Below are positions 1-13,692 of a stretch of 64,000 bases of DNA, one piece after another. Source of the stretch: Octopus sinensis (lineage: Eukaryota); the NCBI RefSeq assembly GCF_006345805.1, contig NC_043008.1:29016001-29080000 (forward strand). The letters run 5' to 3'. The position numbers and the translations under genes are program-made. The first letter of the stretch is position 1. Each line of letters starts with the position of its first letter. The notes under the pieces were generated by a model. It was not told where the DNA came from. It was given only the letters and a program-made list of their open reading frames with translations, and did not search any database.

Positions 1-3000
1 GATATACATGTGATGGTTGCTACAGAGACCAAGCTGGAGAGCCTACAAACCTTCTCGCCTCTCCTGAATGGCTACGACAACATCATGTCTCCTGGCCAGA
101 CCGGAGGGCGAGGGGGTGTAGTGGTACTGATCCGTAAAGACTTGGCTCTGCAGACAAGTACAGTCTATGTAGACCCAGAAGGTGGGCTGGTCGTCCTTGA
201 TGTGACATACAGCAGTAAGGCCTTCAGGTTGATCGGACTCTATGCACCTTGTGCTAGAGATTTCCAAACTGACTCTTATCGGCGCCTAGAGGGCTTTCTC
301 GTGACGTCAAAGAATTTAGTGATATTAGGGGACTTTAATGCTATCGTTGACGTACACATCGATAGCGTTGGCTCGATCTATAGGAAAGTGAACTCACGTC
401 TCGTGGATCTGCTTAAACGGTTTCAGTTGGCAGATCGTTACAGACTTGACCATCCGAACGTCCCAGAGTGGACCTGGGTGAGTGGCGACGGAAGGTTCAA
501 GTCTTATCTAGACAGGATAGTGATAAGAACTAGAGATAAGTCTAGTTTTAGTTGTCCACAGCTCGTCCAGTTGCCCTATACTGGCCATAGAATGGTCAAA
601 TGTAGACTGGACATAGATAGCACACTTAAGATAGGAACCGGCTACTGGAAGCTGAACAAGTCTATTTTGACTCGCGAGGCATACCGTAACCGGATTAAGG
701 GGTTTGTGCAGAGGGCGTTAACCGGAGCCGTGTTAAATAACCGGTGGTGGTTCGCCCCCAAAAGAGCCATTCGATTCGAGTCCATTAGATTTAGTAAACA
801 ACTAAGACTAGATAGGGCTAGAATAGAAGGGCAACTAGTTAAGAACTTAGAGGAGGCATTGAGGTTGGGCTCTGCATCTCACATTTTAGCGGCGAGAACG
901 GCATTAGACCGTCACCTCAAAACCAAACATGAGGGATGTAGAGTTCGGGCTAAAGTACGAGCATTGGGCCGTGAGGGAATTAATGTCGCCGGATGGGCCC
1001 GTACGATAGAAACACAGCGTGGCAACGATTCCAAAATTGGGTCTCTTGTTGATGAAAACGGATGCACGATCAAGAAGCGGGACGAGATGTGTGAGGCACT
1101 TCACAAGCAATTCGCCGAGTTGTTCGGGAGGTGCGGGACGCTGGATCATGATGAGGCCCTTAGAGACTTCCTGTCTGGTGGCCCGCGCCTCTCGACACGA
1201 GAGGCTGAGTGCTGTGAAGGGCCAATCACAGCCGGGGAATTAATCGAGGTGTTGGGCAAGTGCACCGGGGAGAAGTCGCCGGGTCTCGATGGTCTGCCCT
1301 ATGAATTTTATAAAAGTATGCCAGACTTGTTCGGGCACCTGCTGGCTAGCGCCTACGCCAACTGGCAGCAGAATGGGAGAATTCCCAAGTCTGCGAGCCG
1401 GGGGGTGCTGACGTTGATCAGGAGGGACCCGATAGAGGGGGACGAGATAGGGAACTTCAGGCCCATAACGCTGTTGAACACAGAGTTAAAGATTCTGGCC
1501 AAGGTGCTAGCAAAAAAGTTGGCGCGGGTCGTGGACAAACTTGTCGGGGAAGCGCAAACGTGCGCTATCCCCGGCAGAACGATCCACGACATCTCAATCA
1601 CCCCTTATACGCTACTCCTTAGAGAGGGTGGGGAAGCTTTCTGGCGCAGGGGGAGCACTGGTACATTTAGACCAGTCCAAAGCATTTGATAGGGTCGACC
1701 ATCGGTACTTGGCGGCGGTCCTCGGAGAGGCTGGCCTAGGCCCGACCTTTCGAGGTTGGATCGCTGCTTTGTATAACGACATCGAGTCTGTAGTCAAGAT
1801 GAACGGTTTCTTTTCAAAGCCGTTCAGGATCGAGCGTTCAGTTCGTCAAGGGTGTCCCCTATCCTCGCTCATTTACGTATTGGCTCTTGAGCCTTTGCTG
1901 CGGAAGTTGGAGGCACTAGGAGGCACTAGGGGTGTGGAAGAGGAGCTACGGCGTATGCGGTTGACACCTCCATCAGCGTGGCAGACGAAGGCCAGCTTCC
2001 AGTGGTGGAAGAGGCCATCAAAAGCTACGAGGCTGTGGCAGGAGCAAAGGTTAACAAGGACAAGTCGGTCGGTTTGCAACTCGGCACCTGGAGGGGCAAG
2101 CCGATGCCGTCCAATAACGTCGTAGGGCGTTGGACGGAAGGTCCTGTTAAGCTGCTTGGAGTCTGGTTCGGGCCAGACCTCCAGATTGAGAAAAATTGGA
2201 GTGAGGTGGCCAACAAAGTGACCGCTCAAACACAGACCTGGTCTGGGCGGGCGTTACCCCTGCTAGGGAAGGCGGAGGTGGTGCAGATGTTTATAGCATC
2301 AGTAATCACCTACCGTCTGACCGTGGTGCCTTTCCCCGATTTGTGGCTGAACAAGTTGGAGAGAATCCTTTTCTGATTTTTGTGGAAAGGAGGAAAGCCA
2401 CTTGTAAAGCGCTCTGTCTGCTGCCAGAAACCGCTAAAGGGTGGGCTAGGGATGCCTTGGCTGAGGATGCGAAAACTCGCGTTAAGGTTGATGCACCTCT
2501 GGCTTTACCTGGATGGAGAGCAGGTGTGGTCACCACACGTCCGGTTCTACCTTCCCCAGTTAACATCCCTAACGGACATCGGTGCATGGATCAAGCGGAG
2601 AACTAAACTGAGTGAATGGCATTTGGAGTGCCGTCAGGCGCTCCAGCTACTCTCTCGGGCGGGCAACGCCGGCAACAGGAGTTCCACCACGGATTTCTAT
2701 AGCGGGTTAGTGGAGGTTAAGTCCGAAGACTCCTTGGGGGAGACCCTGGGCTACGATGAAAATCAGTTGGTCAACGTGTTCCGGAGGACGTTCGGGCCGG
2801 GGTATCTGGATAATTACCAGAAATCCCTGGCCTGGCAGTGTTTCCGTGCAGCTTTACCTGTTCGCGACAGGCTGTCAAGGCACGGAAGTGCCGTCTCGCC
2901 GAGATGCCCGCGATGTGAGCAGGATAGGGAGACCGTCTTGCACGCATTCGCGGAGTGTCCGGAGTTATCGGGACTGATAGCTTTTGCTGAACAACTGCTG

Positions 3001-3531
3001 TCAGTGATGGGAAGAGTACAGCTGAGTCTATCATCGAGATTGTGCCGCCTCCTTTCCTTAACAGGGAAAGAAAGGCTTGTTTTTTCTGTGTAGTAGCCAT
3101 ACTGAAAGAAACAGTATGGAAGACGCGTACGAAAGGTATAGTGACAGGCACCTTTGTCTCCGGCCAGGGGTTGATTAACTTTTTTAGTTACCACCTCAGT
3201 AGCAAAATCAGGCTGGAGAAGAGGTGTCTGTCACGAGATATGTTTGTGAAAAGATGGAAGCCTGTGGCATGCAAGTTGAGTATGTTTGGCACAAGGTAAG
3301 TGTGACCAGATCAAAAAGTAAAGGTTCAACCCGGATGGCTGGGTGTCCGTCCTTTGACATGATCATTAATAATATTTTTAAACATTGTCTTCGTAAAACT
3401 CATTGTTTATAATCTTATCCGTAATTTCATTCGAAAATTTTAACTGTGTTAAGCTACTTCACCCTTTATATTTGTCTGTCTTTGTTTGTCCCCTCTTTGT
3501 AAATGCCTAAATGGCAAATTATATGAAATAA
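1..3531 (+). mobile_element. Tx1-like (L1 clade) non-LTR retrotransposon: ORF2 plus 3' UTR, 5' part outside the window
   Basis: APE endonuclease motifs (GGVVVL, LYAP, ILGDFNA, SYLDRI), RT motifs (KSPGLDG, FRPITLLN, LDQSKAFDRV, VRQGCPLS) and C-terminal CPRC..ETVLHAFAEC zinc motif. The 3' UTR ends in GAAATAA at 3525-3531. Confidence 0.92.
10..3299 (+). pseudogene. Disrupted EN-RT ORF2 of the Tx1-like LINE
   Basis: Split across ORFs 10-1689, 1541-2125, 1978-2376, 2380-3093 and 3042-3299 (frameshifts near 1600, 1940 and 3035; in-frame TGA at 2374-2376). RT YADD reads YAVD (1954-1965) and EN SDH reads TGH. Confidence 0.88.
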
Positions 3532-3905
3532 AGTAGCTTGCTAACCAACCACATTGTTCCGGGTTCAGTCCCAGTGCATGGCATCTTGGGCAAGTGTCTT
3601 CTGCTATAGCCCCGGGCCGACCAATGCCTTGTGAGTGGATTTGGTAGACGGAAATTGAAAGAAGCCTGTCGTATATATGTATATATATGTATGGGTGTGT
3701 GTGTTTGTGTGTCTGTGTTTGTCCCCCTAGCATTGCTTGACAACCGATGCTGGTGTTTTTACGTCCCTGTCACATAGCGGTTCGGCAAAAGAGACCGTCA
3801 GAATAAGTACTGGGCTTACAAAGAATAAGTCCCGGGGTCGATTTGCTCGACTAAAGGCGATGCTCCGGCATGGCCGCAGTCGAATGAGTGAAACAAGTAA
3901 AAGAG
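3532..3905 (+). mobile_element. tRNA-derived SINE family A, head truncated by the Tx1 insertion
   Basis: Matches complete copies at 26545 and 27761 but starts at AGTAGCTTGCT and lacks GGCGCAGGAGTGGCTGTGTGGTA. B-box-like GGGTTCAGTCCC, central domain, microsatellite and tail are present. Confidence 0.88.
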
Positions 3906-3909
3906 TGAA

Positions 3910-3980
<71 letters not shown>

Positions 3981-4077
3981 CTAACAGAAATGCCCGACGT
4001 CGACTGGGTTGAGGAAATCCGCCAAAATTATACTATGAATATTGAAAGTTATTCACATGGATTCTATTGAACATGGC

Positions 4078-4234
4078 TGTTCAGTTTCCTGAAGATGGTA
4101 GAGTAGGGTCCTTCTGGTAACCGTTGGTCGGCTCGAAGCTATAATAGGAGACACGTGACCAAGGTCCACGCTATGGGACTGAATCCGGAACTTCGTGTTT
4201 GGGTAGCTTCTATCCACACGGCCATTCCTGCGCC
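4078..4234 (-). mobile_element. SINE family A, 5' half, diverged
   Basis: Reverse complement begins GGCGCAGGAATGGCCGTGTGGATAGAAGC and continues TTCCGGATTCAGTCCC. Confidence 0.75.
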
Positions 4235-4289
4235 TATATATAGATATATAACAAAGTGGAGTTGTAGGAAACACACATATATGTGTATG

Positions 4290-4365
<76 letters not shown>

Positions 4366-4391
4366 TAAACAGTAAAAAAAAAATATATATA

Positions 4392-4437
<46 letters not shown>

Positions 4438-4589
4438 TCAAAGGGCAAGACCACTTGGTAGTCGGCCGTATGCAAGAAATAGATCACCAACGATCAAACT
4501 ACAAAGAATGTTCTCTAGAGGAAATTCAGCGGATACCAGAACAATTAGGCGGGCAAAACAGATGAAAATTATATAAAAAACAGAATTAC

Positions 4590-4665
4590 TCACAGACCGG
4601 CGGTTTCGTCTATCAACAAATGAATTACTTATATAATCCAATTGTCCGTAGACTCGTCAGTGCGA
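4590..4665 (-). ncRNA. Type I hammerhead ribozyme motif
   Basis: Minus strand reads TCGCA-CTGACGA-GTCTA..TAGAC-GAAA-CC(GCC)G-GTC-TGTGA; stem I contains one G-U pair. Confidence 0.75.
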
Positions 4666-5134
4666 TCGTTCCGACAGGTAATGTAATTTGAAAAAAACTA
4701 ACCCCAGCTTTCTGTGCCAAAACAGACACGTGTTTAGTTTTACCGATTACATTAGGGATAATTTCAAATGTGATCTATTTCTAGCATACGGCCGACTACC
4801 TTGGTCTTGCCCTTTGAATATACACATGTATTAGAATTTTCTCTGATTTTTCAGATTTTTTTATACTAGGCTACTGGTTTTAAATTGATTTTAATTAAAT
4901 TAATATTAATTTATCTCCCTCATTATTTAAATATTAAAATAAATATGTTCTCTAATAGGCAGCATTAACTGCAGTAAATTATTTACAGCAGTCCTTCGCT
5001 TCCGGAATTTTTAGCGCGCCAGAACTAAAACATTTGAAATTATCCCTAATGTAATCGGTAAAACTAAACATGTGTCTGTTTTGGCACAGAAAGCTGGGAT
5101 TAGTTTTTTCAAATTACACTACCTGTCGGTACGA

Positions 5135-5210
5135 TCGCACTGACGAGTCTACGGACAATTGGATTATATAAGTAATTCTTTTGTTGATAGACGAAACCGC
5201 CGGTCTGCGA
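5135..5210 (+). ncRNA. Type I hammerhead ribozyme motif
   Basis: Stem I TCGCA(5135-39)/TGCGA(5206-10); core CTGACGA 5140-46; stem II GTCTA(5147-51)/TAGAC(5188-92); GAAA 5193-96; short stem III with GCC loop; GTC cleavage triplet 5203-05. Confidence 0.8.
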
Positions 5211-5271
5211 GTAATTCTGTTTTTTATATAATTTTCATCTGTCTTGCCCGCCTAATTGTTCTGATTCCTTC

Positions 5272-5830
5272 ACTCATCTAATACAGTTAGGTCTTCCACA
5301 TTTTTTTACTGACGGTTTCAATTTTATTGACGAGTGTCGTTGGGCTTTTTTACAAGACTTTTACTTGACTTGTGTTGTATTTTGGTCCTTATGATGGGTT
5401 TGGATCCCTTTTTAGTAGAGGAATGTTTTGGTGGGTACTCTCGAAGGGTTTCTTGATTAGGAGGTTGCCTGTGGATGTGTGTTGCTGGGCTTTTGATTGT
5501 AAATCCTTCTTTTGTTTACGATGTCTGTGATCGTGGATGTTGAGTTATAGGGCACGTTGAAAACCTACATCTGTTAGTGAGGGTGAATAGTTTCTGTTGA
5601 TGAGTGTATCCTTTCGCTCATGCAGTCGTGTGTCCCTGCTGCTTGTATCAGATACTGTACGACAAATCCTTTTTGACAGGTTGAAATGGCTACTCATTCT
5701 AGTGTATCTGGAATAGCATGAGTTGAACGGTAGATATTGGGAAATCTCTACCATACATATCCACACACAACCTCCTAAACAATGACCCTTTCGACACCAC
5801 CCTCCAGAATATTCCCCTACTTAAAAGAGA
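5272..5830 (-). mobile_element. Penelope-like element fragment (RT C-terminal domain to start of GIY-YIG linker)
   Basis: ORF 5545-5766 reads YLPFNSCYSRYTRMSSHFNLSKRICRTVSD..RDTRL, typical of the PLE post-RT region; KKCGRPNC appears near 5285-5310. Confidence 0.75.
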
Positions 5831-7148
5831 CCACAGAATGAATTATATTTTATTGCAATCTATAAACCCTGTTTCAATGCTTTCATCACAGATGGCACTA
5901 CTACAAGGATCTTAGAATGATACTCAAGCAAACAGTAAAACGACATATTCAGGAGAGTTACTACCCATGACATTATTCAGAACAATTCCACTCTCTATTG
6001 CTAAAGCAAAAACAGGTCACTTTCAGATTACTTGACCATTCAGGAAGATCCCACGAATAGTCTAGTACTGTCACACCACACCAGTCTTTATTTTCTTTCT
6101 TCTGCTTTCTCTTCGTTTCCTACTCCATTTTCTTCACATTTTCGTTCCTCAGATGCTGTTGCTGTTTAAGCAATCAAAATCCAGAAGGAATATTCCTAAG
6201 CATCTTTATTAACAATCTCTTTAGATCTGCTAATGCCTTCCGAGCCTTCACAAAAGTAAAAGAGAGAGACAGACAGAAAAAAGGAAAATGTCCTACCTAT
6301 TTGATGACTATGGAAATAACATTTAAAAGCATTTCCTTAAAATTTTTCTTCAATTCAATTATTTGTTTTACTCTCAGTTGAAAAAGTCCAAAAGACATAT
6401 TCGAAATTGAAGTCGTTTGAATTCGCGGGGCTTATTGGAAGGTATTAAAGGTAAACGAGGAATAAACACATCTTCGCCTTTCCACAGACAGTAATTATTG
6501 TGGCCTATATGACATTTCTCATTAATTTCTTCATGACAAGTCTTATGTCATTGCACACCTTCAGTTGAGAAAATTTCTGCAGAGTCATGATTGGAGATCC
6601 TATTTTCAATGGAAAATAATGAGGAGCTGCTTGTCGCTCTAGTGAGTTTAAGAACTGAACCGGGTAATTGACAATTCCCGAGTCGTCAACAACAAAGATT
6701 ACAGATTTCTAAGTATGTTCATTCCCTGGGAAAATTTTCTCAAGTCTCATTTAAATTACTCACTGTAATATTCTTTGATGTCATGATTGCCATTTCGAAC
6801 AAATATTTGTCAACCTCAGACTATATTAGTGTAAGCAAAGCTATCCCTTCGACCGTTCAATTATTTGGGAACAGGCCTACATCAAACACGTTCCAAAAGG
6901 ACCCCGTAGGAGGGAACGTAGAGATTCGGGACCTTTTACATTGTCTTCAGCGTAAAGTTTTACAGAATGATTAGCTTTTTGGTTTTATATAGATACTGTA
7001 CCCTTTCGTGTTATATATGGATAGATAGACAGAAACACACACAGGTGTTCATTTTTATTGTATATATAAAAACATACACACATATGTATATACCTAATAC
7101 ATGTATATATATATATATATTATATATATTATAAATAATATATATATA

Positions 7149-7204
<56 letters not shown>

Positions 7205-10126
7205 ATATATATATATATAACAAAGTGGAGATGTAAGGTAGCGCACGAGTGGAATTATATATGAAAGAAGTTTTGAAAATGCAATGTATATATATATATA
7301 CATATATATATATATACATATATCCATACGTACATACAAATACATATCTTCCATCTTTTTATTATAATCAAGTTTAAATTTAGCATTTTGCGACACATTC
7401 CAGTTACATTATAGTTACACCCAACGACGATGACATTGAGGTATTTCCATAGATTTTTTCTTTATCCGTGATATGTTGCTTCCCAAACAGTAGACCCTAC
7501 AATAAAGTTTCATAGATTAATAACACATTGTGAAATGTAATATGTAGTCGTCATCAAATTGTGAAACGACAAAGATTTGGACGTATTACATCTCTAGCAA
7601 TACTCATTTTTCCAGTAAATCTTTGGATATTAATCGTAAACCTTTCCTTGATGTTAATAAAAGTTTGACTCATTCGGTATTTTGATAGTACGTGGCATTC
7701 CCCTTAGTTTACTTGCATTTAATTCATAGCATATTGTTAAACGTGTGCCTGTTTCTAAGTAAAATTACATACAATATAGGTGTTATAATATGCACTTGTT
7801 GAAGCATAGTATACATTCGATTTAAATATGAGGTTTATATTACAAATTTCTATAGCGTGCATTTTGAGGTATATTAGTGTACACATGCCTGTGGGTTTGT
7901 GCATGGGAATTGAAAGATTTTGTTCATATATATTATATATATATGCAGTTTGGTCCGCACTGAATATGAACCGGTATTCGAACATTAGTGTATAGATATG
8001 CGCGCGAATTCGATTCATTTTATTCAAAGGAACTGGGACTGTAAGAGTTGAAGTTAGCTGTCGTACACCTCAACAACCACTGTGTCTTCGTCGGATATTA
8101 TCTTATGATAACCTATTTCTTGAGCGGAAATTATGTAGATATAGTTTCAGGGAATGGTATCATGTGTGAATCTACGCTGTTGTTAACATTATCTTATAGT
8201 ATATTTCTTCTATAGTAGAAAGTAAGTGAAAGCAAAATCGGTGTGATAAATTATGTTTATACAAATATTGTCATATATTGTCATCTATTGTACATTAACT
8301 GTCGGTCCATCCCAGATTCACAGCAATGAATATTTTTTTGTCTTTCATTGAATTCTTCGCATCACTAGCTTGTACACTTTGAGATGAGACAGTTAAGACT
8401 TGCAAATACCCTTCCAGAAATCATTGTTAGATCTATCCGACGCAAGTGTCAAATGATGTATCTCGTATCAACAATCTAACGACTCCTATAATTTGATTTA
8501 ATCTCGTCTATATTATTTAAAATATATTTCAGATGAAAGAACACAGAGTATAGACAGATGTAGAGGCACAAAATTTAATACATATAAAGGCATACACGCA
8601 TACACATACTTACACAGACAAATACACGTGCACACATATTCATATTCAGATACATATATTATAACAATAAGTTTCTCACGATTCGTATGCGCAACCAAAT
8701 TCAGTTAAGAAATACAAACTTAAATGTAATATGAGCTTCTGTGTCGGCGATAAAACTTTGTTTTTGAAAACATTATATTCGTGATCTAACCTCAATATCA
8801 TATTCCTAACTTACGTTTGGTTTTCAGTCACTAATCTCTGAATAAAAGTTTAATACAACGGAATAAATGCATATACACATACAAACACACACACACATAC
8901 ACACAAACACACACATACACACAGAGACAAATACATATATATATATGTATATAAACATACATACATATATATATACACACAAACACACACACATACATAC
9001 ACAGATGCATATATATATATATATATATATATATACTGACATTTATCTATACGTATGTTATATATATATCAGCATATGTATATCTATGCTTCAATGTACG
9101 TATATGTACATTTCAGGAATATTATGATATACATGAGCACCTTATAAACATCATTAGCACATATCTCAAAACAATTCATTAAATATTTAACTATGAAGAG
9201 CAATTATTCTAATTCCATCGCTTACCATTAACTATACGTAAATTCACACCAACAAACGAAGTCATTAAAACTGATGTATACGTCAACGAATCTGACGAAA
9301 TCTAGCCAAAATTTTATAACTGAGAATATAATCGAAGATATTGCCTTCACAATTAAGACTTCAAATTACAATGCATTTAATAGCAACTCTGGTTTCACCG
9401 ATTTTATTCCCATATACAACGCTACCTTCCAATTTAATACCACGTCGTTTGTAGTGTGCATGCCTCGGCAACCATTTTACTTTATATGTATGTTTTTTTT
9501 TATCTTTGAAATATATAGAAGACTTTATAAATTACAGTCATTACGCAGAGACACGTTATTTTCCCATGAATGCTCTCGAGAACGAAATGGGCAAATATTT
9601 AGGAAATTTTTAAACATGACCTGTGTACATTATAGACTTAAAGAGAAGATTTTTGGCATACCTATTAAATCTCCCCGGCATTTGCGGAACGTATGCACAG
9701 AGGTTTCAGCGATGTAAATACAGACATATTCAAATTTTGCAGACTTACATACACATGAGCGCCGTTTTATCATATGCAGAAATTGACACAATCATCTAAT
9801 CTGTATACATGTAAACGACACTGTAAATGTTTATACATATATATGTAATGTTTATAAAGGACTATAATATTGTTTGCAACGAAAAAAAACATGAATTTTG
9901 TTCAGGTTTCGTGTCCCAATCACACTTTTACGAAATTTCACCTGAGAATAACGTATATCATTTTAAAATGGTATTGATAAACGCCACTCGTTCAAGCACA
10001 CACATACATACGTGAGTATATTTGTTAATATTTTATACATAGGGATAATAATGCATGTGCATGCACACGAATATGTATAAGTATGATATGCATATTATAT
10101 ATATATATATATATGTATAATATATA

Positions 10127-10169
<43 letters not shown>

Positions 10170-10294
10170 ATATATACATATATATGTATATATGTATGTA
10201 TGTATATATATATATAGATAGATATATATATATATATATACATATATATAGGTATATATATATACGTATATATACACATACACAAATATATATG

Positions 10295-10332
<38 letters not shown>

Positions 10333-10373
10333 TATATATAGATAGATATATTATATACATATATATGTACATG

Positions 10374-10424
<51 letters not shown>

Positions 10425-10429
<5 letters not shown>

Positions 10430-10875
10430 TATCTCGTTCGGCATAACAGCCCTTCTTGTCTGTGTTACTGTTATTCTTCTTGTCCTGTCTTTTACTGTTT
10501 ATATTTTGTACTGTCGTTACTGTCCTGTTTTTGCTACCATTTTTACCCCACCGCAAAAAAATCTCTTCGCGAGAAGGAAGTTTTAGTTGAGGTCGCGTCT
10601 CGCCTTCCCCTTCGAAACGTGGAGGAGATGAAACCATGGCGACTGAAAAAGGGGAATTGTCCTTGTTATTTGTTCTGTACTCTATTTTTTCGTTGTTTAA
10701 GAAAAACTGTCCAGTTCTTTCGTTCTTCATTGTGTTCGATTTTTTCTGGTGCTCTGTACCCATATATGCATGTATATATACATGTAGATGTAGGTACGTA
10801 CATATATGTATGTATATATGCATATGTTTTATTCATTAATTTGTTATTACAACGACAGAACGTACGCATCCATTT
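10425..10875. repeat. Dispersed repeat family R (unclassified), opposite orientation to the copies at 28290 and 29030
   Basis: Shared blocks (ACTGAA.AAGGGGAAT, the TTCGTTGTT region and the CGAACG end) align by eye with the two other copies. Confidence 0.6.
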
Positions 10876-10984
10876 CTAAGTAAGTTTGTTCTTAATACAT
10901 ATATATAATATATATTATATAATACATATATATATATATATATATATACAATATATGCATCATATATATATATATATTATATTA

Positions 10985-11031
<47 letters not shown>

Positions 11032-11156
11032 TATATATATATTCTCTCTTGTTTCTTTCTTTCTGTGTCTCCTTGTGCGGAGGTGTATATACTCGAAACG
11101 TTAAAGACTTTTTCAATTCAGAGCTTTATTCTAATACATCTGTTTGTTTTCTACAG

Positions 11157-11295
11157 TGCCCTCTCCAAATGGAGCTGCTGAGACACCCATGCAGCAACCG
11201 AATCCTACCGCTGTCCTGGGCGACAAGGAGACGTCTTTATATCTAGCATGGGCCGCCTACGTGCAGGTCGCTTACTACATAGTTCCAACCGTCAG
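11157..11295 (+). CDS. Candidate internal coding exon of an unidentified host gene (PSPNGAAETPMQQPNPTAVLGDKETSLYLAWAAYVQVAYYIVPTV)
   Basis: Branch-like CTAAT (11131-35), pyrimidine tract, CTACAG acceptor, 139 nt open in one frame only (phase 1 to phase 2), CAG/GTTTGC donor. GC-rich island with no TE motif recognised. Confidence 0.5.
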
Positions 11296-11549
11296 GTTTG
11301 CATGCTTCACCACCTTCCCATCGCCGCAGGACTTCCGAATAAAAATAAAAAATAATAAAAATTTATATACTAAAAATGAAGAGAAATATATACAAAAATA
11401 GATAGATATATATAGGAAAAAAAAAAAAAGGTCGGCAATGCCTGTGTAGAGTTTAGGTCCAATAAGGCTTGCACAACACCTCATAGACCCTCTCCACTCT
11501 ATTGACATTATCCAGAGACAAGCCGAGCAGATGTCTGGTGCCAATACAT

Positions 11550-11584
<35 letters not shown>

Positions 11585-11699
11585 TATTATATGTATATAT
11601 ATATATATATATACATATTAGAGAGCCTTAATTCACAGGTCATCTAAACGATTATGTACGCTATGTAATTGTTTTCTTTCTTTATATTCCTTATACTTT

Positions 11700-11900
11700 T
11701 ACTCCCTTCCTCTATGTCGTCATCTCATTAATACATACCATTCTCATTTTCCCTATTTTTCCCCGTCTCTTATGACGGAATATACCATACTCGGAGATAT
11801 CCCAGAAACAGCTATAAGACTTAGAACTTTTCCAATAATAATATTGCATACGACTTGAGATGTTTGCCTTGCCCTAATGTTTATTGTCCTCTTTAACATT
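11700..11900. mobile_element. Half copy of the MITE-like family at 45170-45480
   Basis: 11790-11897 is the reverse complement of about 45170-45280 (shared GAGATGTTTGCCTTGCC and TTTTCCAATAAT). Confidence 0.6.
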
Positions 11901-11955
11901 ACACACAAACCACACACACATACATATATATATATATATTATATTATATATATAT

Positions 11956-12061
<106 letters not shown>

Positions 12062-12329
12062 GGATAAGTTTCGGCCACAATTACCGCAGGTCGTGTCAAA
12101 ATTTATAGCACAAATTTGAAACATGTATGGATGTTTCATTTTAAAGCCATTTTGGAGGCACCATAACAATTCAAGTTATTATTTGCAAAGATTTATCCGG
12201 ACGCATGTGCTTTATCTAGAATTACTTGGATATATTTAGTCAGGAGCTATGTGATTATTATGTGATTTGTTTCTTATCCAAAGTTTTTTGTCACCCTGTT
12301 AAAGCGATCAGGACCAATTGGGGTGAAAC

Positions 12330-13050
12330 AGTTCTGTCTTATGTTTGTGATGTGATGTGAGAATATTCTTAATAGTGGACGGATTGGCATAAGAACCAAC
12401 ATTTGGCGCGATATTAAAGTAGACGACAACACCATTTGGACAGGGATTTTAGAATATATTCTACATGATAGAACTGATAGTGCTCACGGCATCGTTGGCG
12501 TAAATACATTTTTTGATTTACTCAAGACGATTCCAAAAATCAAAACTTATTTCTTTCGTTTTCCTTGTGATCGACTCTTCAGGTTTTATTCATGATTCTT
12601 TTTTGTAGGGAAACACAGCGGATAACAATATTCAAGCTGAGAATGAGTGAAGGTACAGGAGAGAAGGATAATGTCAGGTGCATCTCTAAACCAAAATGTC
12701 CCGAGGATCCATGAGCACTTCTTTATATTTGCAACCGAGCTCCAGTTTTGACGACAGTCATTCCAAGGACCCTGTGGGGGTTGATGCTACGAGGTTCCGC
12801 TTGAGGGAAATATGTATGATAGCTTAAATGTAAACTGTTTACCAAAGCTGATTAATTCAAATTTACTTTTAGTTGAATATTATCGTTTTCTGCCAATCGA
12901 GTGACATTAAGCAATTCCGAATGGTGATTAGTCCGATCTCTTGTCCTGTGGACGACCTCCAGAAAACTTAGAGTCTCCTGCAAAAAGTTTAATACTGCAA
13001 TGTTTGATAACGCCAAAGAAGTTGGGTTTCACTGATGACTCTTTGCTTAC
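12330..13050 (-). mobile_element. Degenerate CR1/L2-like LINE RT fragment, copy 1
   Basis: Minus strand gives IKHCSIKLFAGDSK (FADD-like, about 12970-13000) and HSQLEYCYPL (about 12616-12648). Confidence 0.6.
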
Positions 13051-13258
13051 TTTATCCAACACCATCTTTTATCACAACCTTGGATCTGTTCAGCAGATAT
13101 TCAATCAAATGAAATAATACTACTCTACTTGTTTCAACAAGCTTTACCACTCTCACACTAACACTCACAAACACACACAACACACACACACACACCACAC
13201 ACACACAAACACACACACACACACACACACACCACACACACACACACACCACACACAT

Positions 13259-13299
<41 letters not shown>

Positions 13300-13304
13300 T
13301 ATAT

Positions 13305-13400
<96 letters not shown>

Positions 13401-13692
13401 AGATAGATGATAGATAGATAGATGGATAAGTTTCGGCCACAATTACCGCAGGTCGTGTCAAAATTTATAGCACAAATTTGAAACATGTATGGATGTTTCA
13501 TTTTAAAGCCATTTTGGAGGCACCATAACAATTCAAGTTATTATTTGCAAAGATTTATCCGGACGCATGTGCTTTATCTAGAATTACTTGGATATATTTA
13601 GTCAGGAGCTATGTGATTTATTATGTGATTTGTTTCTTATCCAAAGTTTTTTGTCACCCTGTTAAAGCGATCAGGACCAATTGGGGTGAAAC

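Larger units (their letters stand above)
4431..5265. repeat. Nested inverted repeats, probable Penelope pseudo-LTR in both orientations
   Basis: 4431-4497 is inverted at about 4767-4826; about 4540-4770 is inverted at about 5030-5265. The block abuts a PLE coding fragment. Confidence 0.8.

Noticed and set aside
43-3194. Minus-strand ORFs overlapping the Tx1 element
   Set aside because: Antisense shadows of the GC-richer LINE ORF2 with no recognisable motifs.
9274-9717. 147-aa plus-strand ORF, and a minus-strand TTNDVVLNWK stretch resembling a Cys-loop receptor segment
   Set aside because: No recognisable domain on the plus strand; the minus-strand stretch has no splice acceptor, and the match is too short.
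12880-12990. Apparent minus-strand exon after TTTTTGCAG
   Set aside because: It is the FADD-like region of a decayed CR1-type RT.
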